A stretch of DNA of 35,026 nt from IMG/VR virus record IMGVR_UViG_2698536657_000017, positions 1 through 35,026 of that record. One strand, written 5' to 3'. The notes below the pieces were generated by a model that searched no databases, was not told the origin of the DNA, and saw only the letters and a list, made by a program, of their open reading frames with translations. Origin of the DNA: a virus. Taxonomy: Duplodnaviria; Heunggongvirae; Uroviricota; Caudoviricetes. Every line of letters starts with the position of its first letter. Position 1 is the stretch's first letter. A program made the position numbers and the translations under genes. Positions 29,710-35,026 of this stretch are shown here, one piece after another.

Positions 29710-30924
29710 ATGACGACTGTAACATCAGCCCAGGCGAATAAGCTGTATCAGGTGGCGCTTTTTACCGCTGCCAACCGCAACCGCTCGATGGTTAATATCC
29801 TTACTGAACAGCAGGAAGCGCCAAAAGCGGTTTCGCCGGACAAGAAAAGCACGAAGCAGACCAGCGCAGGTGCGCCGGTTGTCCGTATCACAGACCTTAA
29901 CAAACAGGCCGGTGATGAAGTGACCTTCAGCATCATGCACAAACTCTCAAAACGTCCGACGATGGGAGATGAGCGTGTTGAAGGTCGTGGTGAGGATCTC
30001 AGCCATGCTGACTTCTCCCTGAAAATCAATCAGGGACGTCACCTGGTGGATGCAGGCGGACGTATGAGTCAGCAGCGCACGAAGTTTAACCTGGCATCCT
30101 CTGCCAGAACGCTTCTGGGGACGTACTTTAATGACCTGCAGGACCAGTGTGCGATAGTGCATCTTGCGGGAGCTCGTGGTGATTTTGTTGCTGACGACAC
30201 CATTCTGCCGACAGCGGAGCACCCTGAATTCAAAAAAATCATGATCAACGATGTACTGCCTCCGACACATGACCGTCACTTTTTTGGCGGTGATGCGACA
30301 AGCTTTGAGCAGATTGAAGCGGCAGATATTTTTTCTATTGGCCTGGTGGACAATCTCTCCCTGTTCATTGACGAAATGGCGCATCCGTTACAGCCGGTTC
30401 GTCTGTCCGGTGATGAACTTCACGGAGAAGATCCATATTACGTCCTGTACGTCACGCCGCGTCAGTGGAATGACTGGTACACCTCGACGTCCGGTAAGGA
30501 CTGGAACCAGATGATGGTTCGTGCCGTGAACCGTGCAAAAGGTTTTAATCATCCGCTGTTCAAAGGTGAATGTGCGATGTGGCGCAATATCCTGGTTCGT
30601 AAGTATGCGGGTATGCCGATCCGTTTCTATCAGGGGTCAAAGGTTCTGGTATCAGAGAATAACCTGACGGCAACCACGAAAGAGGTCGCTGCTGCAACCA
30701 ATATTGACCGCGCCATGTTACTGGGGGCTCAGGCGCTGGCAAATGCTTACGGTCAGAAGGCGGGCGGTCACTTCAACATGGTTGAGAAGAAAACGGATAT
30801 GGATAACCGTACTGAGATAGCAATCAGCTGGATCAACGGTCTGAAAAAAATCCGTTTCCCCGAGAAGAGCGGCAAGATGCAGGATCACGGCGTGATTGCC
30901 GTTGATACAGCAGTGAAGCTCTGA
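29710..30924 (+). CDS. Major capsid protein (404 aa)
   Basis: It follows the scaffold gene, has a strong GAAGGAG RBS, and is followed by a strong terminator. Its size is typical of a major capsid protein. Confidence 0.8.
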   Translation: MTTVTSAQANKLYQVALFTAANRNRSMVNILTEQQEAPKAVSPDKKSTKQTSAGAPVVRITDLNKQAGDEVTFSIMHKLSKRPTMGDERVEGRGEDLSHADFSLKINQGRHLVDAGGRMSQQRTKFNLASSARTLLGTYFNDLQDQCAIVHLAGARGDFVADDTILPTAEHPEFKKIMINDVLPPTHDRHFFGGDATSFEQIEAADIFSIGLVDNLSLFIDEMAHPLQPVRLSGDELHGEDPYYVLYVTPRQWNDWYTSTSGKDWNQMMVRAVNRAKGFNHPLFKGECAMWRNILVRKYAGMPIRFYQGSKVLVSENNLTATTKEVAAATNIDRAMLLGAQALANAYGQKAGGHFNMVEKKTDMDNRTEIAISWINGLKKIRFPEKSGKMQDHGVIAVDTAVKL

Positions 30925-30941
30925 TTTTTTCCTTTCCCCAT

Positions 30942-30965
30942 GCCGGGTTTTCGCCCGGCTTTTTC
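30942..30965 (+). terminator. Intrinsic terminator after the capsid gene
   Basis: GCCGGG-ttttcg-CCCGGC followed by T5. Confidence 0.75.
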
Positions 30966-30979
30966 AGGAGTCATTAATT

Positions 30980-31369
30980 ATGGCAAAGACTATCCTTGCC
31001 CCGTCACTGAGTGAACGGGTCTATACGGGTACGCACGGTAATGAGTCGGTGGCAGAAGGCGTATTTACGGTGAATGCTGCGGAAGCGGACAGTGTTATTC
31101 ATCTTCTCTCACTGCCAGTGGGCATCCGTATCAACTCACTCCAGCTGGTTTCAACGGGTGGTCTGGGTACTGCAACCGTCAGCATTAAGTCCGGTGAGCA
31201 TGCTCTCATCGATAACAGCGAAGCTGTTTCTGCAAAATTTGCCAGATATGTGCCAGTGGAGCCGTACACCACACAGCGTGACGGGGAGCTGGTTACTGTC
31301 ACCATTAAGACTGCCGCTGCAACCGGCACCCTGAATGTTCTGCTGCGTTATACCGTGGTGGGATACTGA
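30980..31369 (+). CDS. Hypothetical structural protein (129 aa), possible head decoration or accessory protein
   Basis: GGAG RBS. It is bracketed by two terminators next to the capsid gene. Its composition is beta-rich. Confidence 0.65.
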   Translation: MAKTILAPSLSERVYTGTHGNESVAEGVFTVNAAEADSVIHLLSLPVGIRINSLQLVSTGGLGTATVSIKSGEHALIDNSEAVSAKFARYVPVEPYTTQRDGELVTVTIKTAAATGTLNVLLRYTVVGY

Positions 31370-31382
31370 TTAAAACCTTCCG

Positions 31383-31404
31383 GCCCGCGTCATGCGGGCT
31401 TTTT
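31383..31404 (+). terminator. Intrinsic terminator
   Basis: GCCCGC-gtcat-GCGGGC followed by T5. Confidence 0.75.
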
Positions 31405-31418
31405 ATCCGGGGAATTAT

Positions 31419-31880
31419 ATGAGTGAGAAAATTGCCGTTGTCTATATCGGCCCAAAACCCGTGAAAAAGGACACCATTACCGGAAGCCGCACATTGTTCC
31501 CGCGTCTTGAGCCGGTGCATGTTGACAGTGCGATGGCCTGGCAACTGCTGGGGTTTCCGGATGTCTGGGTTCGTCATGAAGAGCTTGATGATGTTCTGAA
31601 AAAGCAACAACAGAATGAGCAGTTGCGGCAGGCACAGCAGGCGCAGGAAAGAGTGCTTGCTGCGCGGGCAGAAGCGGAGAACAGTTTTGTTGTTTCTGTT
31701 AACGGGCAGGAGGTGGATTTAAGTAAGCTCACCTCAGCACGGCTGGCGACGCTGTGTGAGGCAGAAGAGCTGGATATTCACAAAGACCCGAAAGAAACGG
31801 CTGAGGCATTCCGTATCCGGGTGCGTGAGGCATTTCGCCGTCGTGTTGCGGAGACTGAACAGCATGGCGGAACTGAGTGA
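31419..31880 (+). CDS. Hypothetical structural-module protein (153 aa)
   Basis: The start MSEKIAVVYIGPKP has GGGGA upstream. The longer track start lies inside the terminator. Confidence 0.6.
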   Translation: MSEKIAVVYIGPKPVKKDTITGSRTLFPRLEPVHVDSAMAWQLLGFPDVWVRHEELDDVLKKQQQNEQLRQAQQAQERVLAARAEAENSFVVSVNGQEVDLSKLTSARLATLCEAEELDIHKDPKETAEAFRIRVREAFRRRVAETEQHGGTE

Positions 31881-32427
31881 TTTTTTACCGTATGTCCGTC
31901 GTCAGATCAGCGGTCCACTGAACATTATGATGACGGATGCTCTGTCAATGGCTGCCGTGGCATTCAGCCGTCAGTCGCTGGTGTGCCGTCGGGAGGTTAC
32001 TGTTGTACCAGTAGCAGGAAAAGAAATCGTGCTTCCGTATGACAAAGATGATGAGGAGTGCGTTCATATCATCCGTATCTCTGACGATAATCATGAGCTT
32101 TTTGTCGGTCGGGATGTGGATATCAGCTCCGGACGCTCCCTGCGATTTGCCTGTTCTCCCGGTGAGGTGAGCGTGCTTTATGCCGTCGCTCCGAAAGCCG
32201 GACGCAGCCAGATACCGGATGAACTCCTCACATGGCCTGAAGAAGTGGCAGCGGGGGCACTTGAGCGGTTGTTCATGCAGACTGGTGTTTCATGGTCAGA
32301 CCCGTTACGCGCACAGTATTTTTCTGTGCAGTTTTCTGAGGGGATCCGTCGGGCATATCGTCATACACTGGCGACAAGTCCGTACTCCTCATACCGCAAT
32401 CCTGTCCGCAGACAAAGGTTTTACTGA
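31864..32427 (+). CDS. Hypothetical head-completion-module protein (187 aa)
   Basis: The start MAELSDFLPYVRRQ overlaps the previous gene by 17 nt. The upstream part of the longer track ORF is in a different frame from the real upstream gene. Confidence 0.6.
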   Translation: MAELSDFLPYVRRQISGPLNIMMTDALSMAAVAFSRQSLVCRREVTVVPVAGKEIVLPYDKDDEECVHIIRISDDNHELFVGRDVDISSGRSLRFACSPGEVSVLYAVAPKAGRSQIPDELLTWPEEVAAGALERLFMQTGVSWSDPLRAQYFSVQFSEGIRRAYRHTLATSPYSSYRNPVRRQRFY

Positions 32428-33077
32428 TGACGACGATTACTGAAATCATCGGACGAGTGAACACGCAACTGGTTGACCCGATGATGGTGCGCTGGCCTCT
32501 GGCTGAGCTGTGTGATTATTACAATGATGCTGTGCGGGCGGTGATTCTGGCAAGGCCGGATGCAGGCGCAAGCCTGGAAACGCTCAGTTGTGTCCCTGGC
32601 GCACGCCAGACTTTACCTGATGGCGCAATACAGCTTCTTGACGTGATATGCCTCAGCGATGGCAGTGCGATTAAACCAGTATCCCGGGAGGTGCTTGATG
32701 CACAGTATCCCGACTGGCACATGCTGAGGGGAAAACCGGAATGCTTTATCAGCAACGACCTGTCCCCGCGCGTATTCTGGCTGTTTCCTGTCCCTGACAA
32801 AGAGATAAGTATTGATGCAGTGGTAAGCCGGATACCGGAGGCAGTGTATGTTCTGACGCAGGACGATGATACGCCAGTTCCACTGGAAGAGGCTTATGTT
32901 AACCCACTGGTGGACTGGATGTTGTTTCGTGCTTTCAGTAAGGATGCTGCCGGTGGTGCAGAATCGGGGCTGGCTGCGCAGCATTATCAGAGTTTTGTTG
33001 AGCAACTTGGGATCAAACAGGGGGCAGACAGTGCATTGTCTGCCCGTAAAAAAGTGTTTAACGGAGGTGGAGTGTGA
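32427..33077 (+). CDS. Hypothetical head-tail adaptor-like protein (216 aa)
   Basis: Its start overlaps the previous stop (TGATG). It sits between the head genes and the tail fibre. Confidence 0.6.
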   Translation: MTTITEIIGRVNTQLVDPMMVRWPLAELCDYYNDAVRAVILARPDAGASLETLSCVPGARQTLPDGAIQLLDVICLSDGSAIKPVSREVLDAQYPDWHMLRGKPECFISNDLSPRVFWLFPVPDKEISIDAVVSRIPEAVYVLTQDDDTPVPLEEAYVNPLVDWMLFRAFSKDAAGGAESGLAAQHYQSFVEQLGIKQGADSALSARKKVFNGGGV

Positions 33078-35026
33078 GTGTTGTTGTTTCGGGGACGCTG
33101 AAATCTCCTGATGGTGAGGCGATATCAGGAGCAAATATTACCCTGACGGCGCTGACAGTTTCACCGGATGCGCTCAGCGGCACCAGTGCGTCGGCAGTGA
33201 CCCGTGAAGGTGGATATTACGGAATGACGATGGATCCGGGGGAGTATGCGGTTTCGGTGACGGTGAAAGGGAAGACTGCTGTCTACGGACGTGTGCGTAT
33301 TGAGGGGACCGAAAGTACGGTGACGCTCAATATGCTGTTACGCCGCAGTCTTGTTGAGGTGAGCATACCCGGAGAGCTGCTGACAGATTTCCGGCAGATA
33401 CAGAATAATGTGGCTGATGACCTTGCCACTATTCGTCGCCTGAATGAAGACACGGCGACAAAAAACACTCAGGCCACACAGTCAAAAGAAAGTGCAGCAG
33501 CCAGTGCGAAGAGTGCATCTGACAGTGCAAAGACGGCAACCAGCAGGGCGGCTGAAGCCGGACAAAAAGCGACTGATGCCACTGAGGCCGCGACCCGTGC
33601 AATCACAGCAGCGGGGAATGCAGAGGAAAGCTCGACCCGTGCCGGAGAGTCTGAAAAAGCCGCCGGAGCTGATGCAGAAAAAGCCAGACAGCATGCTGAA
33701 AAGGCCAGGCTGGCGCAGGAGAGCGCCGGAGAGATCCTTAAGCGGGCAGAGGCTGCCACTGTCAGTGCTGAAGAGGCCAGACGTATGGCTGAGAATGCAC
33801 GGGGGCCCCGGGGGCCTCAGGGAGAAACTGGTCCGAAGGGGGATGTCGGTCCTAAAGGCGAAACAGGTCCAGTGGGCCCTCAAGGGCCCGCAGGGCCGAA
33901 AGGTGAGCGTGGTGACGTTGGTGCTCAGGGGGCTGTAGGGCCCGCTGGTCCGCGTGGTGAGAAGGGCGAACAGGGGGAGCGAGGACCGCAGGGAATACCA
34001 GGCCTGAAGGGGGATACCGGAGAGCGGGGGCCTAAAGGGGACCAGGGGGATATGGGGCCAAAAGGCGAGAAAGGTGATCCGGGAGGTCCTGCAGGCCCGC
34101 AAGGTCCTAAAGGTGAACGAGGAGAAGCCGGACCACAGGGACCGATGGGAGCACGAGGTGAGCGTGGGGAGACTGGCCCCCGAGGTGAACCTGGTCCTGC
34201 AGGTCCGAGAGGCGAACGAGGAGAGACCGGACCTCAGGGACCTCGTGGAGAGCCAGGTCCGGCAGGCAGCGCTGCAAATGTGGCTGATGCGACGACGGCA
34301 CAGAAGGGAATTGTGCAGTTAAGCAGCGCAACGGACAGTGATGATGAAACGAAGGCAGCCACCCCGAAAGCGGTGAAAGCGGCAATGGACAAAGCGGACG
34401 GATGCCTGGAGAAAGCGAAAAACGGTGACGATATCCCGGATAAGGTGAAGTTTCTGAACACCGTGGGAGCAGCCAGAGTATACGGGCGGGACATTCATAC
34501 GGGGGCCGGTGAATGGAAAACACGCGAGTTTGTTGCCTGGCTGAAAGAAAAAGGGGCATTTGACCAGCCTTACTGGATGATGAAGGCATCACTGCTTGCG
34601 TCAATGAATAAAGTCATCACGGATGTCGGACCGGGAAAACTCAATCTGGGTGGCTGTGTCATTGAGGTGATGGGAACGTATGAGGCTGCCATAGTCCGGG
34701 TCACCATTGGCGAATACGGTGCAACGGGGTTTATTAATGGCACGGTCTGTACCTGTACGGTTTACGGCGACACACGGTATTTCCACTGGCGGGTGGATTA
34801 CAGCACAAAAAACAAACCGGATACGGTCAGCCAGCGGGATGCCAGCACGACGCAGAAAGGTGTGGTGCAGTTAAGCAGTGATACTGGCAGTAATGACGAA
34901 ACAAAGGCAGCCACGCCGAAGGCCGTGAAGGCGGCAATGGATGTGGCAAATGAAGCGAAAACAAAGGCAGAAGAGGCTGCAGCAGGAGGTGGTGTTCCCG
35001 GTCCGAAAGGAGAGAAAGGCGACCCC
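33074..35026 (+). CDS. Tail fibre protein with a collagen-like domain, 5' partial (651 codons, no stop in window; GTG start)
   Basis: This ORF is not in the ORF track because it is open at the window end. I hand-translated it from GTG 33074, which has GGAGG 6 nt upstream and overlaps the previous stop. The product reads [24 protein letters not shown]..., then an alanine-rich coiled coil, about 51 G-X-Y triplets, and two QKG[IV]VQLSS...[15 protein letters not shown] phage tail-fibre repeats. Confidence 0.85.
   Translation, partial: MSVVVSGTLKSPDGEAISGANITLTALTVSPDALSGTSASAVTREGGYYGMTMDPGEYAVSVTVKGKTAVYGRVRIEGTESTVTLNMLLRRSLVEVSIPGELLTDFRQIQNNVADDLATIRRLNEDTATKNTQATQSKESAAASAKSASDSAKTATSRAAEAGQKATDATEAATRAITAAGNAEESSTRAGESEKAAGADAEKARQHAEKARLAQESAGEILKRAEAATVSAEEARRMAENARGPRGPQGETGPKGDVGPKGETGPVGPQGPAGPKGERGDVGAQGAVGPAGPRGEKGEQGERGPQGIPGLKGDTGERGPKGDQGDMGPKGEKGDPGGPAGPQGPKGERGEAGPQGPMGARGERGETGPRGEPGPAGPRGERGETGPQGPRGEPGPAGSAANVADATTAQKGIVQLSSATDSDDETKAATPKAVKAAMDKADGCLEKAKNGDDIPDKVKFLNTVGAARVYGRDIHTGAGEWKTREFVAWLKEKGAFDQPYWMMKASLLASMNKVITDVGPGKLNLGGCVIEVMGTYEAAIVRVTIGEYGATGFINGTVCTCTVYGDTRYFHWRVDYSTKNKPDTVSQRDASTTQKGVVQLSSDTGSNDETKAATPKAVKAAMDVANEAKTKAEEAAAGGGVPGPKGEKGDP
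33803..34267 (+). repeat. Collagen-like G-X-Y repeat region (about 155 codons) within the tail-fibre gene
   Basis: [38 protein letters not shown]...[11 protein letters not shown] second G-X-Y run begins at the very end of the window ([12 protein letters not shown]). Confidence 0.9.

Larger units (their letters stand above)
652..35026. mobile_element. Lambdoid (Stx-phage-like) prophage, attL side through the tail-fibre gene; right end lies outside the window
   Basis: A continuous phage gene order runs from an integrase placed 44 bp upstream of the rcsB start codon. It contains int-xis, the immunity region, replication genes, Q, the lysis cassette, terminase, portal, capsid and tail fibre. The exact attL core was not resolved. 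Confidence 0.9.

Noticed and set aside
33444-34604. Several 80-206-aa ORFs on both strands overlapping the tail-fibre gene (for example 33482-34102 minus, 34107-34604 minus, 33444-33938 plus)
   Set aside because: These are frame artefacts of the GC-rich, stop-poor alanine-rich and G-X-Y repeat region. The real gene is the 651-codon frame starting at 33074, which carries recognisable fibre motifs.

Overview
The window opens with a complete rcsB (1-651, minus strand). The remaining ~34.4 kb is a lambdoid, Stx-phage-like prophage that runs off the right edge. Its podovirus-type morphogenesis module resembles the 933W type from memory.

Gene order, left to right:
- int and xis.
- A tightly packed minus-strand early-left operon of mostly unknown small genes, including an ORF6N/KilAC antirepressor-like gene.
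- PL/OL, a LexA-like cI repressor, a tripartite OR, and a cro-like gene.
- A non-lambda replication module: a small PD-(D/E)XK-like protein, an SF2 helicase and a Zn-finger/Toprim primase.
- A Q82/Q21-type antiterminator.
- A ~5 kb accessory island, described below.
- nanS-p esterase.
- An S21-type holin, a SAR endolysin and Rz/Rz1, interrupted by a 0.56 kb insert.
- terS, terL, portal, scaffold and capsid genes, then head-completion genes.
- A collagen-repeat tail fibre cut by the window end.

I saw no stx, tRNA, rRNA or CRISPR array.

The accessory island (about 13.9-19.0 kb) sits in the slot where Stx phages carry stx. It holds three things:
- A hok/sok-type type I toxin-antitoxin locus.
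- A two-gene restriction-modification module that looks BcgI-like (Type IIB). It has a fused PD-ExK nuclease plus gamma-class N6-adenine methyltransferase, and an HsdS-like specificity gene. Both genes carry non-triplet tandem repeats: a 7-mer x3.6 at the 5' end of the enzyme gene and an 8-mer x7.9 splitting the specificity gene. Loss of one 8-mer unit would fuse the two specificity halves in frame, so this looks like a contingency, phase-variable locus.
- Two tandem 267-bp units, each a promoter, a structured RNA of about 175-185 nt and an intrinsic terminator.

All family assignments come from motif recognition and memory. No searches were run.
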